NCBI GenBank assembly: GCA_031550085.1
Contig: JAVBOY010000015.1
Location: forward strand, 27,429-91,428
Length of the DNA stretch: 64,000 nt
Origin: Lentimicrobiaceae bacterium
GTDB lineage: Bacteria > Bacteroidota > Bacteroidia > Bacteroidales > UBA4417
Direction of reading: 5' to 3'
Below the pieces are notes generated by a model. It was not told where the DNA came from. It made no database searches and saw nothing but the letters and a program-made list of their open reading frames with translations. The translations under genes were made by a program, and so were the position numbers. Positions 47,286-56,486 of this stretch are shown one piece after another (positions within the stretch are counted from its first letter, which is position 1; each line of letters starts with the position of its first letter).

Positions 47286-47921
47286 TTACCGGATAAAATG
47301 GGTGGAAATTTTCGGTTCTATTTCAGGTCGCTCGACTTTGTCTTTGCCAAGTTCCAGGACTTGCAACAACCAGGCCATGTTTTTCCCGAGATTTCGCATA
47401 ATTTGCATTCCTTCCTCATCTTGCAGGACTTCGCCCGGCGTACGTCCGTGAATGATGTTCCAATAATTGGAGGATGGAATAATCATTCCCGAAAGAGTAA
47501 GGTAATTGTTTAATTCATGGAACGCACCGATTCCTCCCGAACGGCGCAAAGCAACCAGCGTCGCCCCCACTTTAAAACGTAACAGCCCCTGTTTTCTGCT
47601 TAGGACATAAAAAGCACGGTCTAAGAACGACTTGAATGTCCCATTGATACTTGCACAATAAACGGGGGAAGCCAATAGGATGCCATCGGCTTCTTTGATT
47701 TTTTCGATCCAACGGTTCACTTCATCTTTGTCATTTACACAACGGTCGTCCAGTTTTTGTGCACAGGTTCCACAACCGGTACAGCCGTAAATTTCGTTGT
47801 TGCCTACTTGAATGATTTCGACTTCGATGTTTTTTTTCTCCAGTTCATTGGCAACCAGACGTATGGCATGGGAGGTATTACCTTCTTTTCTGGGGCTTCC
47901 GTTAAATGCAATTACTTTCAT
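47286..47921 (-). CDS. Iron-sulfur flavoprotein-like NAD(P)H-dependent FMN reductase (flavodoxin fold)
   Basis: 211-aa ORF. MKVIAFNGSPRKEGNTS is the FMN-reductase N-terminus. The compact cysteine motif is CTGCGTCAQKLDDRC (Cx2Cx2Cx8C). Confidence 0.75.
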   Translation of the reverse strand: MKVIAFNGSPRKEGNTSHAIRLVANELEKKNIEVEIIQVGNNEIYGCTGCGTCAQKLDDRCVNDKDEVNRWIEKIKEADGILLASPVYCASINGTFKSFLDRAFYVLSRKQGLLRFKVGATLVALRRSGGIGAFHELNNYLTLSGMIIPSSNYWNIIHGRTPGEVLQDEEGMQIMRNLGKNMAWLLQVLELGKDKVERPEIEPKISTHFIR

Positions 47922-48067
47922 TGGTGTTTATGAGTCGCCTTTCGGCCTTTTTTATGAGGATCGGTCAATTTATATAAAAAATCTGTTGCCATGCTGTTAG
48001 CCTTCCTTTTCAATACCGTAATGGGCTGCAATTTTAATCTACGAAATAAATTCAAAGTGTTTGGGAT

Positions 48068-48835
48068 TTAAATTTTCTGCATGGCAGCGCTTTCAACCCA
48101 ACCTTCGCTTCCGTTTGCGATACGGATTTCCACCCAACTACCCACTTGATCGAGTATTTTGACTTTGGTTCCTTTGTGAAGTACAAACAATATGGAGCTG
48201 GCGGGATCCGGTGAACTTCTGGCATCGACTACCGCTGTCATTAAAATGGCTTCCGCAGGATTTTTCAGCGCCGCATAATTTTTTTGAGCAAAAAGGAGTG
48301 CGGAAACAGCAAACAAGAAAATGATGATGCTTGCCCAAAAAGCAGATTTTCGAATCACAGTCCGCTTGAAAATCAGAAATGAGGCAAACAGGCCAAAAGC
48401 CACCGTAAACAAAACAATTGCCCAGACGGCAAACGAATCGGCGCTCATAGAATTCCGAATGGTTAAAATCCATTGGCTGTAAAACAAAAGGGGAATGGGC
48501 TCGATTTTATCGACTACTTTTGAATTTGCTAATTCCAGATTAAACCGGGCGTTGGCATTGGAGGGGTCTAATTTCAATGCTTTTTCATAATACAAAATGG
48601 CAGATGGAATGCTATCCATTTTATAGTAGGTATTTCCCAGATTGTAATACAAATCAGCCGACTCGAAACCTTTTGCATGAATTTCAGAATAGGCTTTTAA
48701 GGCATCCGGATAGTTTTTCAACACATATGCCATATTGGCTTGTTGTTCCAGCTTATCAACGGATTGGGGAAAAGCCGTGGCGAAACTTCCGACAAATACC
48801 AAAAAACAGAATAGCTTTTTTATATGGGATTTCAT
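48068..48835 (-). CDS. batE: BatE-like protein: TPR repeats, TM segments and C-terminal SH3-like domain
   Basis: 255-aa ORF and the last gene of the Bat operon. It has a signal peptide, TPRs (YYNLGNTYYKMDSIPSAILYYEKALKLDP), two TM helices, and a C-terminal GTKVKILDQVGSWVEIRIANGSEGWV (bacterial SH3). Confidence 0.7.
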   Translation of the reverse strand: MKSHIKKLFCFLVFVGSFATAFPQSVDKLEQQANMAYVLKNYPDALKAYSEIHAKGFESADLYYNLGNTYYKMDSIPSAILYYEKALKLDPSNANARFNLELANSKVVDKIEPIPLLFYSQWILTIRNSMSADSFAVWAIVLFTVAFGLFASFLIFKRTVIRKSAFWASIIIFLFAVSALLFAQKNYAALKNPAEAILMTAVVDARSSPDPASSILFVLHKGTKVKILDQVGSWVEIRIANGSEGWVESAAMQKI

Positions 48836-48836
48836 G

Positions 48837-50684
48837 TTACTTTCCTCCTATTTGTTCTTCCGTTTTTACAATTACCTGCAGGGTTTCCTGATAAATCGCC
48901 GACATCAAAGTAGCTTTGTCGCCCGGGGCAAAGCGTGCATATTCGCAATTATGCAAAGCCTCTATAAACCGGGATGTAATTTGGGGATCAACCGCTTTCC
49001 GGTTCAAACTGTTTTCGGCCGTTTCTATAGAAAGTTCCGAAAGCGGAATGTTGAATTTATCGCTGATATATCCCCAGATAGCCTGCGAAATTTCTTCATA
49101 AAAAGCTTCTTGTTTCTGCTGGTCGAGCAATACTTTGGCATTTTTCAGCCTCCGGGTCGCTATCCGTGTTGCCCTGCGATTCCGCATCAACCCAATGTTT
49201 TGGTTGTCGCGTAGTTTTTTTTGCCAAATAATAATGAAAAGGGCAAATAGCAAGAAGGGTAACAGTAGAATCACATAGAACAACCAGGAAGCATAAAAAT
49301 GAACTCCCACGGCATACAGGTTCAATGATTTGTTTTGAATGTACCGGATGTCTTTCCCCGTGTACTTTATGTCTTCTTTCGCATTCCCGCCTCCTGAAAT
49401 CTCGGCATTGCCTTTGAATACACGAACCGTGACTCCGGAAGTTTCTATAAGCTTGTATTTCCCTTCACCGGGACTATAAAATGCAAAACGTGCCGGCTCT
49501 ATGGTATACTCGCCTTCCACGCGGGGAACAATCAGGTATTCAAAAGTCCTGGATCCGCTAACTCCGGACGTAGAAGAGGAATAGTTATCCGTAATCTTGG
49601 GGTCGTATACTTCAAAATCCGATGGGAAATCGGCAACGGGTTTTTCGAGCAAATTCAAATTTCCGCTTCCGGAAATGGTGTATTTCAGCGTTAATGCTTC
49701 GCCCGCCCGGAGGATATTCCTGTCGTAATCACTTTTTATCGTGAAATTCCCGATTCCCCCGTTAAATTCTACGGGCTTCCCTTGGGTGGGAAGCGGCCTT
49801 ACGTTGATTTCGATGGGATTCGTTTGTAAGGTCTTTTTTATTTCTTGGTATTCAAACGAGGAAAAAGCGTCTTCAAAGAAACTTTTAAAAAACGGATCGT
49901 TGGCAAACGTGCTGTTGAAAAATGGATCGTTGGCAGGACGGTTTCGCGTTTTTACAGCAATCCTGTACTGCACGTCAATGTCGTTCGATTTAATCGTAAT
50001 TTTTCCTGTCTTTTGTGGGAAAAGCGCTGTTTTCCGGATTTCAGCAACAATGTATTTCCTGCCGTTCACTACTTCTACCTTTTGAGGTAGTTGCTTGGCT
50101 CCTTTCAGCAAATCGTGTGCCCAAAAATTCTGGTAATCGGGCATAAAATCGTAGTCCCATTTGATGGCAGAAGTTGGGGTATATAATTTATAGGTAATCA
50201 CGATTTGTTCTCCCAGCACGGGATTCGAATTACTCACGGAAGTCCGGATGTAAACATTGGCGTTGTCGTCCGAATTCTTTTGAGGTTGTTCTTCCTGTTC
50301 ATTTCCCGTAACCGAAATCGTTACGGTATTGGATTGGACTTTATTCCCTTTCACTGTCAGGCTTGCAGCTGGAATCGTGAAAGTTCCGGGTTTTGTTGCC
50401 TGCAACACAAAGGAGAATTGCGTGTAGCGCGTTTGGGTAACCTGGCCGTTGTTGTCGAAGGTTGAAAAACCATTCATCGCATCAGGACCCGAAAGTACCG
50501 AAAAATCCTTGATTTCCGGCGAAACAAATCCCTTCCATTCCTGGCTATTAATGGTATACTGTAAATAAAACCGTTGCCCCACCATCATTTGGCGTGGAGC
50601 TTGGGCTGTAAATGTTACTTGCTGGGCAAAAGTTCCAAAAGTAAATGCAATTACAAATATCAAAAGAGAAAATACCCGTTTCAT
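48837..50684 (-). CDS. batD: BatD-like oxygen-tolerance protein
   Basis: 615-aa ORF. A signal peptide is followed by a long beta-rich ectodomain, a TM helix (LFYVILLLPFLLFALFIIIW) and a cytoplasmic helical tail. It occupies the fourth Bat position. Its stop lies 1 nt from the batE start. Confidence 0.75.
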   Translation of the reverse strand: MKRVFSLLIFVIAFTFGTFAQQVTFTAQAPRQMMVGQRFYLQYTINSQEWKGFVSPEIKDFSVLSGPDAMNGFSTFDNNGQVTQTRYTQFSFVLQATKPGTFTIPAASLTVKGNKVQSNTVTISVTGNEQEEQPQKNSDDNANVYIRTSVSNSNPVLGEQIVITYKLYTPTSAIKWDYDFMPDYQNFWAHDLLKGAKQLPQKVEVVNGRKYIVAEIRKTALFPQKTGKITIKSNDIDVQYRIAVKTRNRPANDPFFNSTFANDPFFKSFFEDAFSSFEYQEIKKTLQTNPIEINVRPLPTQGKPVEFNGGIGNFTIKSDYDRNILRAGEALTLKYTISGSGNLNLLEKPVADFPSDFEVYDPKITDNYSSSTSGVSGSRTFEYLIVPRVEGEYTIEPARFAFYSPGEGKYKLIETSGVTVRVFKGNAEISGGGNAKEDIKYTGKDIRYIQNKSLNLYAVGVHFYASWLFYVILLLPFLLFALFIIIWQKKLRDNQNIGLMRNRRATRIATRRLKNAKVLLDQQKQEAFYEEISQAIWGYISDKFNIPLSELSIETAENSLNRKAVDPQITSRFIEALHNCEYARFAPGDKATLMSAIYQETLQVIVKTEEQIGGK

Positions 50685-50726
50685 TTCAATAAGTCGGTTC
50701 TAAAGTCATGGAACAATGTGCCTCGA

Positions 50727-51377
50727 CTACCAATCTTGTTCGGGTTGGTTTTTTGAAGGCACTGATTGGCTTTTCTTAACTTTCTCCTGTGTTCTTTTTT
50801 CGTTGTTATTCAACGCATTCAACATGCGTTCCGCATCTTGTTTTGAAAGTTGTTGTTTCGGTTTTGGTTCTTGCTTGGGTTGTTGTTGCTGCTGATCTTG
50901 TTTGGGTTGCTGCTGTTTTTGCTGTTGCTGATTGTTCTTTTGTTGCTGTAATTTCGAAAGGGCATAAGAAAGATTGTAGCGGGTGTCCTCATCTTTCGGA
51001 TTCAGGCGAAGCGCATTTTTATATGCTTCAACGCTTTTGTCGTATTGTTTATTTTGCATAAACACATTTCCCATGTTGTGATAAATTTTTGCCAAATCGG
51101 ATTTGGATTTCGCCACTTTCCCCGCTTTTTGGTAGCGTCCCAACGCTTCCGAATAATTTTTCTGTTTATACAACGCATCTCCCAAGTTGAATTGTCCCTT
51201 CAGCGAAGTTGAATCTTTTTGCAATGCTTTCCGATAACTTATTTCGGCTTCTTTAAAACGATTGCTGTTGTAGTCCTTATTTCCCGCACGGATTTGTTTC
51301 GGGGCATTTTGCGCAAGCACAAAACAGCCCGGAACCAAGAGCAGTACCATAAGTAATATGGAGCAAAATCGTTTCAT
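50727..51377 (-). CDS. batC: BatC-like TPR protein with Gln/Lys-rich low-complexity tail
   Basis: 216-aa ORF with a signal peptide and TPR units (FNLGDALYKQKNYSEALGRYQKA, YHNMGNVFMQNKQYDKSVEAYKNALRLNP). A tract QQQKNNQQQQKQQQPKQDQQQQQPKQEPKPKQQ follows. Confidence 0.7.
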   Translation of the reverse strand: MKRFCSILLMVLLLVPGCFVLAQNAPKQIRAGNKDYNSNRFKEAEISYRKALQKDSTSLKGQFNLGDALYKQKNYSEALGRYQKAGKVAKSKSDLAKIYHNMGNVFMQNKQYDKSVEAYKNALRLNPKDEDTRYNLSYALSKLQQQKNNQQQQKQQQPKQDQQQQQPKQEPKPKQQLSKQDAERMLNALNNNEKRTQEKVKKSQSVPSKNQPEQDW

Positions 51378-51385
51378 CAGTATTT

Positions 51386-52426
51386 TTATTTATTATTGGA
51401 AGGTTTGAAAATTTTAATTCTGTCAGCCCAACGGCTTTTTCTTTTTACGATTGCAATCTCAAAGATAAGGATTATCAAGGCAATCAGTAAAAAAATCTGA
51501 AATTTGTCATCGTAATCCGAAAAAAAGCGGGCATCATATTCGGTCTTATCCATGGTGCTCAATTTCCGGAACACTTCCTTCACTCCCACGCTGGTGTTGT
51601 TCGCTCTTACATAAATACCTTTTCCGGCCGCAGCAACACTTTGCAATAAACTTTCATCCAATCTCGAAATAATGGTGTTTCCGTTACGGTCCTTTTTGTA
51701 TCCGATTTGTGTATTCCCATTGTAAATCGGAATAGGGCTTCCTTCGGGCAATCCGACCCCAATGGTAAACACATGAATCCCTTTATCAGCAGCACGGGCG
51801 GCTGCATCAACGGCATCGCTTTCATGATTTTCACCATCGGTAATTACAATAATTGCCTTGCTTTGCTTGCTGTTGCCAAAACAATTAACGGACGTTGAAA
51901 TAGCTTCGCTTATATTGGTGCCTTGGGTGGGAACCAAATCAGGACTTATGGACGATAAAAACAGCTTTGCGGCCTGAAAATCATTTGTAATGGGCATTTG
52001 GACATAAGCCTTCCCGGCAAACACAACCAATCCAACCCGGTCGTCGCCCAAATTATCAAGCAATCTGCTAATCGCTTGCTTGGAACGCTCCAAACGGTTA
52101 GGGGAAATATCCTGCGCCAGCATGGAATTTGAAACATCCAACACAAAAACCATATCGATCCCTTTGCGCTTGATTTTTTCAAGTTTTGAGCCGACCTGGG
52201 GATCCGCCAATCCGATCACCAAAAAAGTCCATGCCAGTAACAGCAAAATAAATTTCAACTTTTCACGAAAACTCGAATAATCCGGCATAATCCGGGAGAA
52301 AAGGCGTTCATCGATCGCTTTTAACAAGTTGATGCGCTTTTGCCGCCGCATGAGGACATACAATGCCGTAAACACCAAAATGCCCCAGAGCAAATTCAAG
52401 AAATATGGATGCGCAAATTTGAACAT
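51386..52426 (-). CDS. batB: BatB-like vWA domain membrane protein
   Basis: 346-aa ORF. N-terminal TM helices are followed by a vWA domain with MIDAS motif VLDVSNSM and a C-terminal TM helix. Confidence 0.8.
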   Translation of the reverse strand: MFKFAHPYFLNLLWGILVFTALYVLMRRQKRINLLKAIDERLFSRIMPDYSSFREKLKFILLLLAWTFLVIGLADPQVGSKLEKIKRKGIDMVFVLDVSNSMLAQDISPNRLERSKQAISRLLDNLGDDRVGLVVFAGKAYVQMPITNDFQAAKLFLSSISPDLVPTQGTNISEAISTSVNCFGNSKQSKAIIVITDGENHESDAVDAAARAADKGIHVFTIGVGLPEGSPIPIYNGNTQIGYKKDRNGNTIISRLDESLLQSVAAAGKGIYVRANNTSVGVKEVFRKLSTMDKTEYDARFFSDYDDKFQIFLLIALIILIFEIAIVKRKSRWADRIKIFKPSNNK

Positions 52427-52446
52427 GAGAGTATTTATTCCTTGGT

Positions 52447-53439
52447 TTACGGATAACTTTTAAAAACAGTGGTTTTCAATATGAGTTCCAACGCCAGTAA
52501 AATCAAGGCTACAAGTGCAAAGATTAAAAATTCTTCGTTTTTACGGGCATATTCGGTCACGTCTAATTTCGTTTTTTCCATTTTATCAATGTCCTGATAA
52601 ATGGATTCCAGTTTTTGCTTGTTGGTAGCACGGAAATATTGTCCGTGGGTCATTTGCGAAACTTCTTTCAACAGCGCTTCATCGATTTTCACTTCAACTT
52701 GTTCGTACTGAATCCCAATGGGCGTTTGAAACGGATACGGAGCTTTTCCTATGGTTCCCACGCCAATGGTGTAAATACGAATCCCGTACATGCCTGCAAT
52801 TTCCGCCGCCGACAACGGATCCAAAGAACCTGCATTGTTAACGCCATCCGTCAACAAAATAATGATTTTACTCTTTGACTTGCTGTTTTTCAGGCGGTTG
52901 ATTGCAGCAGCCAATCCATCTCCAATCGCAGTTCCGTCATCGATCATTCCGCTTTCAATCGTTTGGTATTGATTGATCAAAACGCTGTGGTCTGTGGTCA
53001 GCGGGCATAAAGTAAAGCTTTCGCCGCTAAAAATAACCAGTCCCATTCGGTCGTTGGGACGGCTGTTGATAAACTGGATTCCGACTTCTTTTGCCGCTTC
53101 CAGACGATTGGGTTTAAAATCTTCCGCCAGCATGGAGGTTGAGATATCTGTTGCCAGCATGACATCAATTCCTTCCACACTAATGTCTTTGCTGCTTATA
53201 CGGGTTTGCGGCCTGGCGAGGGCTAGTATCAAAAAAATAAGAGCCAGCAGGCGGATTGCAAAAATAATGTACCGCGAATATTGGCGCAAGCTTGTTTTGG
53301 GAATGTTGAATCCATCAAAATGCGAAACTGCTACTTTTGCATGAATGTATTGCAAGCGATACCAATACCACGCTATTGCCGCAGGAATCAGCAGCAATAA
53401 CCAGAGGTATTCAGGATTTGCAAATTCAAAGTTCCGCAT
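52447..53439 (-). CDS. batA: BatA-like vWA domain membrane protein
   Basis: 330-aa ORF. N-terminal TM helices are followed by a vWA domain with MIDAS motif ATDISTSM and a C-terminal TM helix. Confidence 0.8.
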   Translation of the reverse strand: MRNFEFANPEYLWLLLLIPAAIAWYWYRLQYIHAKVAVSHFDGFNIPKTSLRQYSRYIIFAIRLLALIFLILALARPQTRISSKDISVEGIDVMLATDISTSMLAEDFKPNRLEAAKEVGIQFINSRPNDRMGLVIFSGESFTLCPLTTDHSVLINQYQTIESGMIDDGTAIGDGLAAAINRLKNSKSKSKIIILLTDGVNNAGSLDPLSAAEIAGMYGIRIYTIGVGTIGKAPYPFQTPIGIQYEQVEVKIDEALLKEVSQMTHGQYFRATNKQKLESIYQDIDKMEKTKLDVTEYARKNEEFLIFALVALILLALELILKTTVFKSYP

Positions 53440-53441
53440 AA

Positions 53442-54425
53442 TCAGCTTGTTTCTGTTTTTAACGGTTCATGGGTTTCCGCAGGTTTTGTATCCATCACAA
53501 AACCGGTGGCATTGGTCATGCTGCGGGCATTTTCATCGTCCAACGGTTGTTCTTTGGCAAATTTTACCAAATCGGCCAAATAAAGTACCTGGCTCAATTT
53601 TTCACGGGCTGCCTGACTCAGGTTAAGTGTATCAAAAGCTTCCAAAATTTCATCCGAGGTCATTTCAATGGCTGCGACGTCGTGTTGTTTGCTAAGATAC
53701 ACCCGCAAAGCATCCGTAATTTCAGTATAATATTGTTTCAGTTTTCCCGAAGCCGGAAGTTTTTTATTCGAAGTTTCCTGCAACGAATTCAAAGCTTCTT
53801 GCCAGGCGGGAAGTTTCGGCTTGTGCTCAAACGAAATGAGCGGTTTATTGTTCCGCCGGCGCCACCAAATATACCAAACCAATGCTCCGATAAGGCATAC
53901 GCCGATACCGATCAATAAATAAGGCAGTATTTCGCGGAACGTCAAAGGCTGCTTCATGGGCGCTTTGATATCCCGGATATTGGCAGTTGTATCCACCGGA
54001 ACAGATAAAACCTTTAGCGTAAGTGAATCGGTATAAAGTTTATAAACCGTTGCATCTTTCGGCTTGAGGTATGAAAACTCAAATGCAGGAATTACATGCA
54101 CTCCGCTGTCGAATGAGGTAATGGTCAGCGTTTGGGTATAATCGGTAAGGCCCTCTGCCGATGCCCTTTTTGAGGTATCGATTTTCGAGCGGTTTAGTAC
54201 TTCGATCGACTTCGAAAGCGTATCCGAAAAGACCCAGCTGGTTTTTGCATTTTTCGGAAAACTGACCTGAAACGTCAAATGAATTTGTTCTCCGATACGT
54301 ATTTGCGCCGTATCCAGTTTTGCTACTGCTTTTTGGGCAACAGCAGCCGGAGCCGATAAAAGCATCATCCAAACACATAGCTTAAAAACAAGTGTCCTGA
54401 AAATTTCTAATGTGCTTTTTTTCAT
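53442..54425 (-). CDS. Bat-operon membrane protein: signal peptide, beta-rich ectodomain, TM helix and DUF4381-like cytoplasmic helical domain
   Basis: 327-aa ORF with ATG start. The TM is ILPYLLIGIGVCLIGALVWYIWW followed by RRRNNKP. The tail ends ..VLYLADLVKFAKEQP, parallel to the BatD tail ..HNCEYARFAPG. It lies 2 nt upstream of batA. Confidence 0.6.
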   Translation of the reverse strand: MKKSTLEIFRTLVFKLCVWMMLLSAPAAVAQKAVAKLDTAQIRIGEQIHLTFQVSFPKNAKTSWVFSDTLSKSIEVLNRSKIDTSKRASAEGLTDYTQTLTITSFDSGVHVIPAFEFSYLKPKDATVYKLYTDSLTLKVLSVPVDTTANIRDIKAPMKQPLTFREILPYLLIGIGVCLIGALVWYIWWRRRNNKPLISFEHKPKLPAWQEALNSLQETSNKKLPASGKLKQYYTEITDALRVYLSKQHDVAAIEMTSDEILEAFDTLNLSQAAREKLSQVLYLADLVKFAKEQPLDDENARSMTNATGFVMDTKPAETHEPLKTETS

Positions 54426-54479
54426 AAAATTATCGTATCGGATTGCCCTATTTCTGCAAAATAAAAAAGTACTGAACGC

Positions 54480-55427
54480 CTACATCCGGGCTTCACGCCG
54501 TTTAAACAGTTTCATCAACGGACGTGCGTAATCTTCGTCCGTACAAATCGAGGCAACGTCCGTACCGCTTCTCAAAAAAGTTTGTTTTAAATAATCATCA
54601 TGCCGCAACCACCACTGATGGTAACTCCGGCGCACCGTTTTATTGGATAAATCAATCCAAAGGCTTTTCCCGCTTTCTTTATCGTAAACTTGCGTGATTC
54701 CCAAAGGGAGAGCCTCCGCATCGTGTTTGTCATATACGCGCAAAGCCACAATATCATGTTTGTTCGACGCAATTTGTAAGGCTTTCTCAAAATTTTGGTC
54801 CAAAAAATCAGAAACAATAAATGCCGTGCACCTTTTTTTCAATGCATTTGTCAAAAAACGAAGCGCTTCGGCAATATTTGTTTTTTGGCTTTCGGGTTTA
54901 AAATCGATGAGTTCCCGAATAATCCGCAAAATATGCGAGGACCCTTTTTTAGGCGGAATAAATTTTTCAATCCGGTCGCTAAAAAAGATAACCCCAACCT
55001 TATCGTTATTTTGGATAGCCGAAAAAGCCAAAACGGCTGCAATTTCCGTCATCTGCTCTTCTTTCAACTGGACGCGTGTACCAAACTCATTCGATCCGCT
55101 TACATCCAGTAAAAGCATAACCGTCAATTCACGCTCTTCCTCAAAAACTTTCACATAGGGATGATTGAATCGCGCCGTAACGTTCCAGTCAATATTCCGG
55201 ATATCGTCGCCGTATTGGTATTCGCGCACCTCGCTGAAAGCCATGCCCCGCCCCTTAAAAGCACTGTGATACTGCCCGCTGAAGATGTGCTGCGACAACC
55301 CACGGGTTTTTATCTCTATTTTCCGTACTTTTTTTAAAACTTCTGATGTTTCCACAAACAAAAAACTTTGGAACTTTGCAATCGATTTAAACTGGATCTC
55401 TTGTTGTTTCAATAAGACAACAAGCAA
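54480..55427 (-). CDS. DUF58 domain protein (MoxR-associated)
   Basis: It carries the signature KKVRKIEIKTRGLSQHIFSGQYHSAFKGRGMAFSEVREYQYGDDIRNIDWNVTAR. No in-frame ATG lies upstream of that block. The start is probably the TTG at 55427, 8 nt after the moxR stop, but it is uncertain. Confidence 0.8.
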   Translation of the reverse strand: MLVVLLKQQEIQFKSIAKFQSFLFVETSEVLKKVRKIEIKTRGLSQHIFSGQYHSAFKGRGMAFSEVREYQYGDDIRNIDWNVTARFNHPYVKVFEEERELTVMLLLDVSGSNEFGTRVQLKEEQMTEIAAVLAFSAIQNNDKVGVIFFSDRIEKFIPPKKGSSHILRIIRELIDFKPESQKTNIAEALRFLTNALKKRCTAFIVSDFLDQNFEKALQIASNKHDIVALRVYDKHDAEALPLGITQVYDKESGKSLWIDLSNKTVRRSYHQWWLRHDDYLKQTFLRSGTDVASICTDEDYARPLMKLFKRREARM

Positions 55428-55435
55428 ATGAATGC

Positions 55436-56428
55436 TTAGGGCACTTCAACAGCGTTTAAAATTTCGTTAATAATATCTTCCGTCGTGATATTTTCAGCTT
55501 CCGCTTCGTAGGTCAGGCCGATGCGGTGGCGCATCACATCGTGAGCAATGGCACGGACGTCCTCGGGGATCACATAGCCGCGACGCTTGATAAACGCATA
55601 CGATTTTGCCGCCAATGCCAAATAAATGCTGGCCCTTGGAGAAGCGCCGTAACGAATTAAACCGTTAAATTTTTGAAGTTTGTAATCATTTGGAAAACGG
55701 GATGCAAAAACAATATCTGTGATGTAGTTTTCTATTTTTTCATCCAAATAGACTTCCCGGACCACCGAGCGAGCCTTTAAAATACTCTCAGGCTTCAAAA
55801 TGGCACGCGTTTGCAGGCTTTCTTCATTAATATTCTGGCGAAGAATTTGTTTCTCTTCTTGTTTTTTGGGATACGTAATTATTACTTTCAGCATAAAGCG
55901 GTCAACTTGTGCTTCAGGCAGCGGATACGTTCCCTCCTGCTCAATCGGATTTTGTGTTGCAAGTACCAAAAAAGGTTCGGGAAGTTTGTAAGTTGTTTCC
56001 CCGATTGTAACCTGGCGTTCTTGCATGGCTTCCAGCAAAGCGCTTTGCACTTTGGCTGGAGAACGGTTGATTTCGTCGGCAAGAATAAAATTTGCAAAAA
56101 TGGGGCCTTTGCGGACCTGAAATTCTTCGGTTTTTTGACTGTAAATCAATGTCCCCAAAAGGTCGGCCGGTAATAAGTCGGGAGTAAATTGAATCCGGCT
56201 GAATTTCAGGTCAATGGTATTCGCCAGTGATTTAATGGCCAACGTTTTTGCCAAACCGGGAACCCCTTCCAATAAAATATGACCATTGGCCAGCAATCCA
56301 ATCATTAAGCGCTCCACCATGTGCTTTTGCCCGACAATAACACGCTGGAGTTCCATCGTCAACATATCAACAAAAGCGCTCTCCTGCTGGATTTTATCAT
56401 TCAATTCTTTTATATTTTCATCAAACAT
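55436..56428 (-). CDS. MoxR-family AAA+ ATPase
   Basis: From the ATG at 56428 it reads MFDENIKELNDKIQ. Walker A is LEGVPGLAKT and Walker B is ILADEINR. ATQNPIEQEGTYPLPEAQ.DRF is typical of MoxR. The ORF-track start at 56476 lies inside the promoter. Confidence 0.9.
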   Translation of the reverse strand: MFDENIKELNDKIQQESAFVDMLTMELQRVIVGQKHMVERLMIGLLANGHILLEGVPGLAKTLAIKSLANTIDLKFSRIQFTPDLLPADLLGTLIYSQKTEEFQVRKGPIFANFILADEINRSPAKVQSALLEAMQERQVTIGETTYKLPEPFLVLATQNPIEQEGTYPLPEAQVDRFMLKVIITYPKKQEEKQILRQNINEESLQTRAILKPESILKARSVVREVYLDEKIENYITDIVFASRFPNDYKLQKFNGLIRYGASPRASIYLALAAKSYAFIKRRGYVIPEDVRAIAHDVMRHRIGLTYEAEAENITTEDIINEILNAVEVP

Positions 56429-56444
56429 AGTCCAAAATTTTAAG

Positions 56445-56476
56445 CAAATGTAGGAAGTCAAAACGCTTATAGACAA
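56445..56476 (-). promoter_or_regulatory. Candidate Bat-operon promoter TTG-N21-TAcaTTTG
   Basis: The plus strand has caaatgta at 56445-56452 (reverse complement TACATTTG) and caa at 56474-56476 (reverse complement TTG). The -7 box lies 17 nt upstream of the moxR ATG. Confidence 0.55.
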
Positions 56477-56486
56477 TGTATTGTCT
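56471..56486. promoter_or_regulatory. Palindrome AGACAAT-GT-ATTGTCT overlapping the -33 element of the Bat promoter
   Basis: agacaatgtattgtct has perfect 7-bp arms and a 2-bp spacer. It sits in the moxR/capA divergent intergenic region. Confidence 0.4.
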
